Assembly: GCA_003210515.1 (NCBI GenBank)
Contig: QCVC01000002.1
Span: forward strand, 2,113-66,112
DNA from: Synechococcus sp. AG-683-B21
GTDB lineage: Bacteria > Cyanobacteriota > Cyanobacteriia > PCC-6307 > Cyanobiaceae
Direction of reading: 5' to 3'
DNA: 64,000 bases
Under the pieces are notes generated by a model. It worked only from the letters and a program-made list of their open reading frames with translations, had not been told where the DNA came from and did no database searches. Position 1 is the first letter of the stretch. Each line of letters opens with the position of its first letter. Shown here piece by piece: positions 52,945 to 61,296 of the stretch. The translations under genes were made by a program, and so were the position numbers.

Positions 52945-54327
52945 TCATGCCAGCAATGGTTCTGGGATGAGCGCACGAATCGGCTCTAAATCAGCCAAGG
53001 ATCGATCGCGGTACGCGCCGTAACGGGCCCGTTTATCGCGAATCCGTTCGGGCAGGTCTGGCAGCAGCCCAAAGTTGGGGGGCATGGGCTGAAACTTCTT
53101 TGTGGGGGCTTCGCTCACGAAGTGGGTGAGGGCACCAGCCATCGTGGTGTTGGGCAACTCGATTGGATCCAAACCCCTCACAAGCCGCGCCGCATTGGTT
53201 CCCGCGAGCCAACCTCCAGCGACCGCCGCCGCGTACCCCTCGGTTCCCGTGATCTGACCTGCCGCCAAAAGATGCCGGCGTGTGCGGAACTGCAGCGTTG
53301 GGTCCAGCAGCTGGGGGGATTCAAGGAAGGTGTTGCGGTGCATCACCCCAAAACGAACAAATTCCGCCTGGGCCAAGCCGGGAATCATCTGTAAGACCCG
53401 CTTCTGTTCACCCCATTTGAGGTTGGTCTGAAAACCCACAAGGTTCCATAAGCGTCCGTCTTTGTCTTCCTGACGCAGTTGAACAACGGCGTAGGCACGC
53501 TTCGCCCTCCGCACGTCACGGTCGTTGACGTCTCCCCAGCGGGGATCCCAAAGGCCAATGGGCTTCAGAGGGCCGTAGCGCATCGTGTCTTCACCACGAC
53601 GAGCCAACTCCTCAATCGGTAAGCAACCCTCAAAGAATTTGGCACTCTCCTGATCAAAGTCCTTGAGTTCTGCCTGTTCTGCCTCCAGCAGAGCCTCGCG
53701 GAACGCGAGAAACTCGGCCTTATTCATCGGGCAGTTGATGTAATCCGCGTCGCCTTTGTCGTAGCGACTTGCTCGGAAAGCCAAATTGAGATCAATGCTG
53801 TCGCCATGAACGATGGGGCTCGCCGCATCGAAGAAATGGCAGTCGTCTCGGCCGGTAAAACCCCGCAAATCGTTCGCAAGCGACTCACTGGTGAGTGGGC
53901 CTGTCGCGAGCACGGTGACGGCATCCACCTCCGGCAGGTCCATCTGCTCGCGACGTTCAATCGTCACCAAGGGGTGTTGATCAAGGATCTCCGTAAGCGC
54001 AGCGCTGTAACGACCGCGATCCACGGCGAGAGCACCACCGGCAGGAACAGCGTGATCATCAGCCGTGCGAATCACGAGGGAGCCCAACCGTCGCAACTCC
54101 TCTTGCAACAAACCAGCTGCGCGATCGCTACTTAGGGCGCCAAAACTATTGCTGCAGACCAGTTCAGCAAAATCACTGCTGTGGTGTGCTGGCGAGCGAC
54201 GCACCGGCCGCATCTCCACCAAGGTGACTGGGATGCCAGCACAGGCCACTTGCCACGCAGCTTCAGTGCCAGCAAGACCTGCCCCCAACACAGTGACGGA
54301 TCGCGTGCAGGATCGATCGTTGGGCAA
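52945..54327 (-). CDS. trmFO: tRNA (uracil-54)-C5 methyltransferase, FADH2/folate-dependent
   Basis: [47 protein letters not shown]. Confidence 0.96.
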   Translation of the reverse strand: MPNDRSCTRSVTVLGAGLAGTEAAWQVACAGIPVTLVEMRPVRRSPAHHSSDFAELVCSNSFGALSSDRAAGLLQEELRRLGSLVIRTADDHAVPAGGALAVDRGRYSAALTEILDQHPLVTIERREQMDLPEVDAVTVLATGPLTSESLANDLRGFTGRDDCHFFDAASPIVHGDSIDLNLAFRASRYDKGDADYINCPMNKAEFLAFREALLEAEQAELKDFDQESAKFFEGCLPIEELARRGEDTMRYGPLKPIGLWDPRWGDVNDRDVRRAKRAYAVVQLRQEDKDGRLWNLVGFQTNLKWGEQKRVLQMIPGLAQAEFVRFGVMHRNTFLESPQLLDPTLQFRTRRHLLAAGQITGTEGYAAAVAGGWLAGTNAARLVRGLDPIELPNTTMAGALTHFVSEAPTKKFQPMPPNFGLLPDLPERIRDKRARYGAYRDRSLADLEPIRALIPEPLLA

Positions 54328-54375
54328 CGAAGTGGCCGAGGCAGCCCTCAGCCTACGAATTTTTAAAGGCCTGAA

Positions 54376-54588
54376 TCAGGCGCGGCTGCGTCTTAACAAA
54401 AGCTGCAGTTGTCCCACGGCAGCACGGCCGATGTTGAAGGCCGCCCAGCTCAGCGCCGCAAGGATTGGAGCAATCACCAGGAAGACACGGGCATCAATGC
54501 CGAGCACCTGGCCAGTGGTAATCACACTGAAGGCCGAGTAACCGACGATGGCAAGGATCAGAACCAGGCCAAGAGCAACTCGGACCAT
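54376..54588 (-). CDS. psbY: Photosystem II protein PsbY with an extra N-terminal hydrophobic segment
   Basis: DARVFLVIAPILAALSWAAFNIGRAAVGQLQ matches the PsbY core. Confidence 0.8.
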   Translation of the reverse strand: MVRVALGLVLILAIVGYSAFSVITTGQVLGIDARVFLVIAPILAALSWAAFNIGRAAVGQLQLLLRRSRA

Positions 54589-54677
54589 GCTTGCAACTTG
54601 AAAATGCGCTCGGTGATCTTACGGACAACACGTCAGATATCGCGCTTTTTCCTTCCAGCTGATCCATTTCGATGCAA

Positions 54678-55226
54678 TCACTCCAGGCGCTGCGCATGCA
54701 GTTGAGCCAAATCTGAATAACGACGGGCATGGGCTTGTTGCTCCTGCACACACTCCAAAGAGAGTTCTCGACAAACCTTGGCCGGAATCCCCATCACCAT
54801 CGTTCTTGGAGGAACGTCCTTCGTCACCACAGAACCTGCCGCAACAAGAGCACCTTCGCCAATGGTGACGCCGTTTAAAACGATGGCGCCAATGCCCACC
54901 AAACAGCCATCCTTCAAGGTCGCTCCATGGATCACGGCACGGTGACCAACGGTGACCTCTTGGCCAATCCAGACCGGTTGCCCTGGATCGCCATGCAGGA
55001 CGGCACCGTCTTGGACATTGCTGTAAGCACCGATGGTGATGGCGGCCATATCTCCCCGTGCCACTGCCGTGGGCCAAAGGCTGCTTCCATCCGCCAATGA
55101 AACAGCTCCGATCACCACGGCGCTGGGAGCCACCCAAGCCGAAGGAGCAATCGAAGGATTCGGCCACGGGACCTGCGCTGGCATGGCTGGAATGTCATTG
55201 CCCAACAGTCTGTTTGTTGACGGCAT
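54678..55226 (-). CDS. Gamma carbonic anhydrase-like hexapeptide-repeat protein; start uncertain
   Basis: [25 protein letters not shown]. Confidence 0.9.
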   Translation of the reverse strand: MPSTNRLLGNDIPAMPAQVPWPNPSIAPSAWVAPSAVVIGAVSLADGSSLWPTAVARGDMAAITIGAYSNVQDGAVLHGDPGQPVWIGQEVTVGHRAVIHGATLKDGCLVGIGAIVLNGVTIGEGALVAAGSVVTKDVPPRTMVMGIPAKVCRELSLECVQEQQAHARRYSDLAQLHAQRLE

Positions 55227-55277
55227 ACCAAGTGATACTCTCCATTGGTGCCGGATTCGGCATGCCCGAGCGGGCAA

Positions 55278-55349
55278 GGGTCGCTAGCTCAGCGGTAGAG
55301 CATCCGGCTTTTAACCGGCTGGTCCTGAGTTCGAATCTCAGGCGACCCA
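55278..55349 (+). tRNA. tRNA-Lys (TTT)
   Basis: GGGTCGCT acceptor stem, anticodon loop CTTTTAA, GTTCGAAT T-loop. Confidence 0.97.
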
Positions 55350-55547
55350 TTCTTACGGAATGATGCCGTCTCAAGACGCATCGTCCTTCTTCATTTTTAG
55401 ACTGTTAGAAAGCGACCACTTCATAGTTCTGGTCAACGATTTCGAATGGCTTATTTCATCTTTTTCGGAGTCACGATCTTATTAGCTCTTTTGGGAGGTC
55501 TTTTCTCAAGGGCAGCCGCAGAGCGCTACTGGATGTAATCGCACCGC

Positions 55548-56693
55548 GTGAATCACTACGACCTTGTTGTTATTGGAGCCGGGCTGGGTGGATGCAGCCT
55601 CTTGGCATCACTCGAGAAGCTTGGCTATCAGGGTTGTGTTGCCCTAGTGGAAGCTGGACGAGGCCCTGGAGGACGAACAGCCAGTCGACGCAGTCGCAAC
55701 GATCCGAAGTGGTGCATCAACCATGGGGCTCCGGCGATCAAGTTGAGTGAATCCCTTCCATCCGGAGTTGATGAATTGCTGGCACCGCTACGAAATGCGG
55801 GAATGCTGCAACGCGTTGAAAATCATGAGGTAGAGATCGATCCAAACGGCCAAGTTGTGGCCGTTGATCCAGCATCCCCATCGACTGGCGAATGGTGGGC
55901 TGGCAGACCCGTTATGGCGAGTGTCTGTGAAGGCTTGCTAGGGCAAAGCTCGAGCAAGCTTGAGAGCCACTTCAGCACAAGGGTTCGATGGCTCAAACGC
56001 CCCTCAAGCCATTGGATGCTGTCGGATCAATCCGAAGGCTGGCAACTCAAGGCCAAGCGCCTCGTTCTGAGTGGCAACTTGCTTGCCCATCCAAGGTCAC
56101 TGGCGATGCTCCAGTGGAACGATGTGCCGTTACGAACAGCCGTCCCCAAAGGAGACGACCCTGAATTGGATGCCGTTCTCACAACGTTGGAGGCCAGTGC
56201 ATCCACCGTTCGCTGGAACTTGATGCTCGATTTAGGACATGTGGGCCTGCAGACACCTGCGCTTCCCTGGCAGATCTGGCTAAATCCAGACGCACAAACG
56301 CGCTGGGGGGTGGAGCGGATCGTGCTGCATCGCCAGACCGATGCACGGCTTGGCTTGGTGGTTCATGGATTGCATAACGGTGCAACGATCGATCCCAGCA
56401 CCCAGCCGGTCTTACTTGAGTCCGAAGCAAAGCGCTTAGAAGCTGTTCTGCCTGAACTCCTCCTGCATTGGCCTGCCCTTCGCAAGGCCTTGAAATCAGC
56501 ACGATCGATGGGCGTGATGCGCTGGGGAGCAGCACAACCTCTAAACCACCCCGTTCCGAGTCATTTGCAGTGGTGCCACCAAAGCGCCGTTGGTTTTTGC
56601 GGCGACTGGATTGAGGGCCCTTACTTCGGAACAGGCGAAGGAGCGATCCGAAGCGGTGTTGCTCTTGCCGAACGGCTGACCGCCGACAGTTAA
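55548..56693 (+). CDS. FAD/NAD(P)-dependent oxidoreductase (renalase-like)
   Basis: GAGLGG, GRGPGGRTASRR, NHGAP, RWGAAQP, GFCGDW...GEGAIRSG. Confidence 0.85.
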   Translation: MNHYDLVVIGAGLGGCSLLASLEKLGYQGCVALVEAGRGPGGRTASRRSRNDPKWCINHGAPAIKLSESLPSGVDELLAPLRNAGMLQRVENHEVEIDPNGQVVAVDPASPSTGEWWAGRPVMASVCEGLLGQSSSKLESHFSTRVRWLKRPSSHWMLSDQSEGWQLKAKRLVLSGNLLAHPRSLAMLQWNDVPLRTAVPKGDDPELDAVLTTLEASASTVRWNLMLDLGHVGLQTPALPWQIWLNPDAQTRWGVERIVLHRQTDARLGLVVHGLHNGATIDPSTQPVLLESEAKRLEAVLPELLLHWPALRKALKSARSMGVMRWGAAQPLNHPVPSHLQWCHQSAVGFCGDWIEGPYFGTGEGAIRSGVALAERLTADS

Positions 56694-56706
56694 TCTGTTG
56701 AGGTGC

Positions 56707-56780
56707 CGGGGAGTGGCGCAGTTTGGTAGCGCGCTTGCTTTGGGAGCAAGATGCCGCAGGTTCGAATCCTGTCTCCCCGA
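56707..56780 (+). tRNA. tRNA-Pro (TGG); probable island integration site
   Basis: CGGGGAG/CTCCCCG acceptor stem, CTTGC-TTTGGGA-GCAAG anticodon arm, GGTTCGAATCC. Confidence 0.97.
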
Positions 56781-56814
56781 CTCGCTAATCAGTCAGCCCC
56801 CAACTGACATCTCC

Positions 56815-56840
56815 GCCGCTCCGCAAGGGGCGGTTTTTTA
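56815..56840 (+). terminator. Rho-independent terminator after tRNA-Pro
   Basis: GCCGCTCC-GCAA-GGGGCGGT followed by TTTTTA. Confidence 0.85.
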
Positions 56841-56856
56841 TTGCTCAGGGGTAGGT

Positions 56857-56905
56857 GTGCCAAAGCGGTGCCAAAACACTTTTAGTCAGCGAGTGTTTTT
56901 GGCAC
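56857..56905. repeat. GTGCCAAA direct and inverted repeats (putative integrase arm-type sites)
   Basis: GTGCCAAA at 56857 and 56868; GTGCCAAAACACT (56868-56880) inverted with AGTGTTTTTGGCAC (56892-56905). Confidence 0.6.
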
Positions 56906-56932
56906 GACTTTCTGAGCATCTGGTTATGTCTA

Positions 56933-56961
56933 TTGACAGGAATTGATCATCAATTCAGGAT
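56933..56961 (+). promoter_or_regulatory. Putative sigma70 promoter with a palindromic operator in the spacer
   Basis: TTGACA (56933), 17-bp spacer, CAGGAT; GAATTGAT-C-ATCAATTC at 56940-56956. Confidence 0.55.
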
Positions 56962-56994
56962 TGATTCATCGCTGATACGGGCGAGTAATCGCAT

Positions 56995-57107
56995 TGCTTC
57001 ACAGCAGTGGCAGATGCCGCCCGGCTCCTGGGTCATTTCCCAGGCAATACCTGACCACCAGTCATGTGGTCAGCGCACTTGAGATTGGTGCGGACTTCAC
57101 TGAAGTT
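56995..57107 (+). ncRNA. Putative multi-hairpin leader RNA
   Basis: Hairpins at 57027-57044, 57051-57073 and 57074-57092; possible closing pairs CTTCA/TGAAG and CAGTG/CACTG. Confidence 0.35.
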
Positions 57108-57152
57108 GCTCGACTGGCGGTTCTGTTTCACCCCTTCACTGGAAGCTCAGAA

Positions 57153-57356
57153 TTGTCACGTCCTGCTCGCCACCATCACAAATCGCATAAACAGAACGGC
57201 ACCCTTCGATTTGATGGGGTGACGCTTCAAATGCCAAAAGCATTTCGCGAAGAGTGTGTGGCTAAGGGCTTAAAACCCAGCGAAATTCTCCTTGCTGATA
57301 AGGAGAGCTTGGCAATTCTTAGAGATTTGGCAGCCAAAGCGAAGGGACTCGCCTGA
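57153..57356 (+). CDS. Small basic hypothetical protein of the element; TTG start assumed
   Basis: 3' part of ORF 56994-57356; ends 9 nt before the next gene. Confidence 0.45.
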   Translation: MSRPARHHHKSHKQNGTLRFDGVTLQMPKAFREECVAKGLKPSEILLADKESLAILRDLAAKAKGLA

Positions 57357-57365
57357 GCCCTATCA

Positions 57366-57674
57366 ATGTCCACTACGCCCGTATGGGTGCATGAGCCCGA
57401 TGCTGCAGAACTTCTGCACATAAAGGCTTGCACCCTCAGAAATATGCGCCGTGAGCGCAGGCTCGATGCTGGAACGCATTGGGTCTACACAACTGGATCC
57501 ATTGGTGGTCCCGTCGTCTACAACATTCCTGAAATCAGGGAGATGCAGCGTCAACGCACTATTGAATTGGTGCAAAAAGAAGATGCTTCACGCAAGGCAG
57601 AACTGAATCGTCTCCAGCAAGCCATCGAGATTTACGACGAAGCAACAGCTCCAAACCAAAGTGGGAGGGCCTGA
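57366..57674 (+). CDS. Excisionase/MerR-like winged-helix DNA-binding protein
   Basis: DAAELLHIKACTLRNMRRERRLDAGTHW...VYNIPEI HTH-wing pattern. Confidence 0.7.
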   Translation: MSTTPVWVHEPDAAELLHIKACTLRNMRRERRLDAGTHWVYTTGSIGGPVVYNIPEIREMQRQRTIELVQKEDASRKAELNRLQQAIEIYDEATAPNQSGRA

Positions 57675-57677
57675 GTC

Positions 57678-58880
57678 ATGGCACATCTCACGCATGATCT
57701 TGGGCAGTGCACAGAGTCACAAAAAAGACGATTAACGCCAGCAGAACTCTGTTCTTTGTGGCGATCAGCGCCGTACAAGCTGACATTCAATGAGCTGACT
57801 CAAGAAGTCGAACTTGATCAGGCTTCCCTCCCTGTCGTGGAGATTGAGGAGGCTTACATCGGACTCTCTGAGAAGGGTTACAACGCTGATCCGAGGACAA
57901 CATTCGACAGTGTTCTCAAGGTCGCTCGGGAAAAGCGTTTTCATCCCGTTCAGCAGTACTTCGAACGGATTGAAAAAGATGATTCGATCACACCGATCGA
58001 GCTATCGACGTTCTCTCAGGATTACTTCGGTACCAGCGATGGGCTCTATGACTCGATGTGGGCCGCGGCTCTTCGAGGAGCTGTTTGGAGAGTGTTTCAA
58101 CCCGGCTGCCAGTTCGACTTTGTACTGACGCTTAAGGGCGCTCAGGGAATCAGAAAAAGCAGCAGCTTTTTGGCTCTGACGCCAAATCCCGATTGGATGT
58201 CCTCGTCAACTCATGACCAAGCCAAGGACATGACCGTTGCACTCCACCGAACACTGATCACTGAACTCGCAGAGCTGGAACACATCACTGGTAAGCGATC
58301 AACAGGAGCGCTCAAGAACCACATCACAACAAGGGTCGATCTATGCCGTGTCCCTTATGGGAAAGCGTATGAACGGCTTAGGAGGCGATCAATCATGGTG
58401 GCTTCCGTCAATGGGGATGAGTTCCTCAGGGATCACACTGGTGACAGGCGTTTCTGGGTTGTTGATCTCGGTCATCGGGTTATCGATACCGGCAAGATCA
58501 GCAAGGATCGAGATCGCATTTGGAAGGCTGCAATTGCTCAGTTCAGACAAGGCTTAAGTCCTTGTCTGTCGCATGCAGAGCAGCAAGTCAGTGACAGGCG
58601 AAATGAGAGTTTCCGCAGCGAGAACATTTTTCTCTCTGCTGTTGAAGAGCAGTGCCTGGGCAAGTTGAAAGCTAGAGGTCGTGAGGGTGGCTTTGACACG
58701 CGGTTTGCCATTAATGAATCAGGCGTATGCGAGGGGCGCCCTCAAGGGCAGAACGAGACACGCATGATGAGCCAATGCCTCAGGGAATTGGGCTTTGTGC
58801 AAGATCGCAATGCCACACGTGATCCGGATCTTGGTCGAACCCGTAAATGGCGATGGAGCGATACCTCTGGCACAAGCTGA
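57678..58880 (+). CDS. VapE/VirE-family P-loop ATPase (satellite replicative helicase)
   Basis: LTFNELT, FHPVQQYF, PGCQFD, Walker A GAQGIRKS, ELAELE, RVPYG, DHTGDRRFW, RDRIWKAA. Confidence 0.88.
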   Translation: MAHLTHDLGQCTESQKRRLTPAELCSLWRSAPYKLTFNELTQEVELDQASLPVVEIEEAYIGLSEKGYNADPRTTFDSVLKVAREKRFHPVQQYFERIEKDDSITPIELSTFSQDYFGTSDGLYDSMWAAALRGAVWRVFQPGCQFDFVLTLKGAQGIRKSSSFLALTPNPDWMSSSTHDQAKDMTVALHRTLITELAELEHITGKRSTGALKNHITTRVDLCRVPYGKAYERLRRRSIMVASVNGDEFLRDHTGDRRFWVVDLGHRVIDTGKISKDRDRIWKAAIAQFRQGLSPCLSHAEQQVSDRRNESFRSENIFLSAVEEQCLGKLKARGREGGFDTRFAINESGVCEGRPQGQNETRMMSQCLRELGFVQDRNATRDPDLGRTRKWRWSDTSGTS

Positions 58881-59019
58881 CGGCTATGTCTGTGCCATTG
58901 CAAAGCAGGGCTAAGACTGTGGTTTGAGCTACTTGGCAGACAGCACAGCATTTATTGGAATGTTGATGCTGATTAAGCGGTATAGAGGGGTCTTTGATTT
59001 ACTCTGTGCCGCTGTGCCA
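58868..59019. repeat. CTGTGCC(A) iteron-like array in both orientations (putative origin)
   Basis: TGGCACA 58868, CTGTGCCA 58890, TGGCAGA-CAGCACAG 58934-58948, CTGTGCC 59004, CTGTGCCA 59012. Confidence 0.6.
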
Positions 59020-59166
59020 GTCAAATTCTTGGGGTCCTTATTGAGTGATCTGGGATGGGTTATTTCGTACCTCGTTGCCTGTTGAGAACAAGGCTTAAAA
59101 GACTAAATAGATAGTTGCAACAATAACTTATTTAAAATTAAAACAATCTACAGGAGATTTAGGATA

Positions 59167-60228
59167 CTACAATTCTGACTGCCAATATCTAGACATACTA
59201 TTATTAGCAGAAGCAAGTGCATTTATTTTTTGAGTCATAGACAAAAGATCGTCTTCTGATATTGAATCAACAGAGCCCCAAATCCCTGATGCAATAAGGT
59301 CACCAGAAATAACATCATGAAATCCCGAAGGTGTTTTACGTCCCAAAAATTTAATGACATATTGATAAGGATCTAAGGGTTCCCAATTCCTACTGAATTC
59401 TATATGCAAATTAATCAACTTTCTGCGAAGCACAACTTGCTGCTTTAGAGGTGCTATTAGAGTAAACCAAACCAATCGAGGATGTGCTAGATATTGAAAT
59501 TGCAAATGCGTAGTAATTGGTAAATTGAGGGCTAAAACTCTTCCCTTGCTTGCATTATCGATATTTAAATCTGCCGAAAGAATAAAGCCATTAGGGCTGC
59601 CAGAACCACAGATTTTGTAAAATAGTTCATCATCTGCAGTGACATCGAAGACGCCATGACCTCTCTGCCAGAACTTAATAGATTTAATGTGATTCCAGAA
59701 TCCACCTCGCAATTCAGAGGAGCGCCCAAATCCACCTGCAGAAATAAAACCACCAACTGTAGGTCCAGAAAGACCTCCGTCATGTACAACAGGCAATTGG
59801 AAATCGAAATCTCTCAACCATCGATCTAACTCTAAAATTTGAACACCACACTCCGTATTAACATAATTTAAATCGTTCCAGTTAACTTTATTTAGCTTGA
59901 TCGTACTTACAAGAATTCCATCAGGATGAGGCAAAGAACTTCCATTCATAGAATGTCCTGCACCACGGATTGATACTGGGATATCATTCTCGTCACATCG
60001 TTCTAAAAAATTAACTAATTCTCCTAAAGTTGATGGCTGGAAAAGCCAAAATGATGCATTAAGGCGATAGTATTGACCATAATCCGTAAGATAATCAGTA
60101 CACTTTATACTTGCAGTAGCATTCAAATTATATATGTCATTTGAATTAGCAGACGGGGTAATATAGGACAGATCAAAGTCCTTGATAATATTAAACATAG
60201 CACTGTCAAGCGTATCCGCAAAAATCAT
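59167..60228 (-). CDS. FAD-binding (VAO/PCMH-type) oxidoreductase
   Basis: FQPSTLGEL, SIRGAGHSMNG, ECGV, PTVGGFISAGGFG, ELFYKICGSG. Confidence 0.85.
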   Translation of the reverse strand: MIFADTLDSAMFNIIKDFDLSYITPSANSNDIYNLNATASIKCTDYLTDYGQYYRLNASFWLFQPSTLGELVNFLERCDENDIPVSIRGAGHSMNGSSLPHPDGILVSTIKLNKVNWNDLNYVNTECGVQILELDRWLRDFDFQLPVVHDGGLSGPTVGGFISAGGFGRSSELRGGFWNHIKSIKFWQRGHGVFDVTADDELFYKICGSGSPNGFILSADLNIDNASKGRVLALNLPITTHLQFQYLAHPRLVWFTLIAPLKQQVVLRRKLINLHIEFSRNWEPLDPYQYVIKFLGRKTPSGFHDVISGDLIASGIWGSVDSISEDDLLSMTQKINALASANNSMSRYWQSEL

Positions 60229-61247
60229 GACTGCAGAAATGAGCTAGAGCTAAATTCTGAGGAAGAATAGCTAACCAAAAAAGGATGACACTTAACGCAA
60301 AGATCCTCAATTATCAAAGACACTTGATAAGCACTGTTAGACCTATCCCCCAGCAGTTGCCCGCCAATACTAATCGCATAAAGAGGTTCATCAAAACAGC
60401 TCAAAAAGTTAGGATATGAATTTACTTGGTTAATTAAAATTTTTCTTGGAGCTAAGAGAAGAACAAACTCTGTAAGGAAAGGTAAAAATGAGCGGATGAT
60501 CCTCCTGAGTTCACGTTCATAGGAAGTAGGGCAGAAAATAGTCCACCAAATTGTTGGAATTTCAAATGGGTGTGGCTGTGGATATATAACAAAATTAGAA
60601 GGCAGACAATACTTTGTAGAGTCATCATTAACAAAAAAACGTAATCTAAGCTTTTCTAAAAAGCCAGAGATCCTTCCACCTGAACCAGAAATCTCCCAAA
60701 ACTTTGCATCAGTCTGATCGTACCAATTCGACTCGACAGATAAACAGTCAGACCACAAGATTTCTTCAACATTGGACCAGAAACCACCAAAAATGGAGGA
60801 ATCTATTCCAAATCCACCAGCCAAAAAAAATCCTGCTACAGATGGACCTCCAGATCCACCAGAGTGAATAATAGGCAAACGACAATTGTATTGATTTAAA
60901 AATGCATTTAGACTACCGATTTGCACACCACAATCAACCTCTAAGGTAATATGATCAAGAATTTTTACTCGATTCATATTGCATGTTGAAACCAAAATTT
61001 CACCAGAAGAAGGCAAACTGCGACCATGCATTGAATGACCAGTACCTCGGAAACATAATTTTTTTGAATCTAATTTGGTCTTAAATTTAGAAAGAAATTC
61101 ATCATATGAATAGTCGTGTATTGGACTTTTACATTCTTTCTCAAAGACGTTAGCATAATCCTTAAGGCTAGTAGCACATTCCACCCCACAAAAAGAATTT
61201 AAATTAGCTATCGAAATTGACATCCTTCGGAAACATAAGGCATACAA
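60225..61247 (-). CDS. FAD-binding (VAO/PCMH-type) oxidoreductase, paralog; ATG 61223 is a possible start
   Basis: FRGTGHSMHG, VDCGV, PSVAGFFLAGGFG, GGFWSNV; ATGA overlap with the downstream paralog. Confidence 0.85.
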   Translation of the reverse strand: MYALCFRRMSISIANLNSFCGVECATSLKDYANVFEKECKSPIHDYSYDEFLSKFKTKLDSKKLCFRGTGHSMHGRSLPSSGEILVSTCNMNRVKILDHITLEVDCGVQIGSLNAFLNQYNCRLPIIHSGGSGGPSVAGFFLAGGFGIDSSIFGGFWSNVEEILWSDCLSVESNWYDQTDAKFWEISGSGGRISGFLEKLRLRFFVNDDSTKYCLPSNFVIYPQPHPFEIPTIWWTIFCPTSYERELRRIIRSFLPFLTEFVLLLAPRKILINQVNSYPNFLSCFDEPLYAISIGGQLLGDRSNSAYQVSLIIEDLCVKCHPFLVSYSSSEFSSSSFLQS

Positions 61248-61296
61248 AAGCAGTAACTAAGTGAAAACTTTTATTTGAATAAATATACTGTTAGGC

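Noticed and set aside
56994-57152. N-terminal half of the 120-aa ORF
   Set aside because: It overlaps a dense hairpin region and has no clear RBS; treated as a leader, though translation is not excluded
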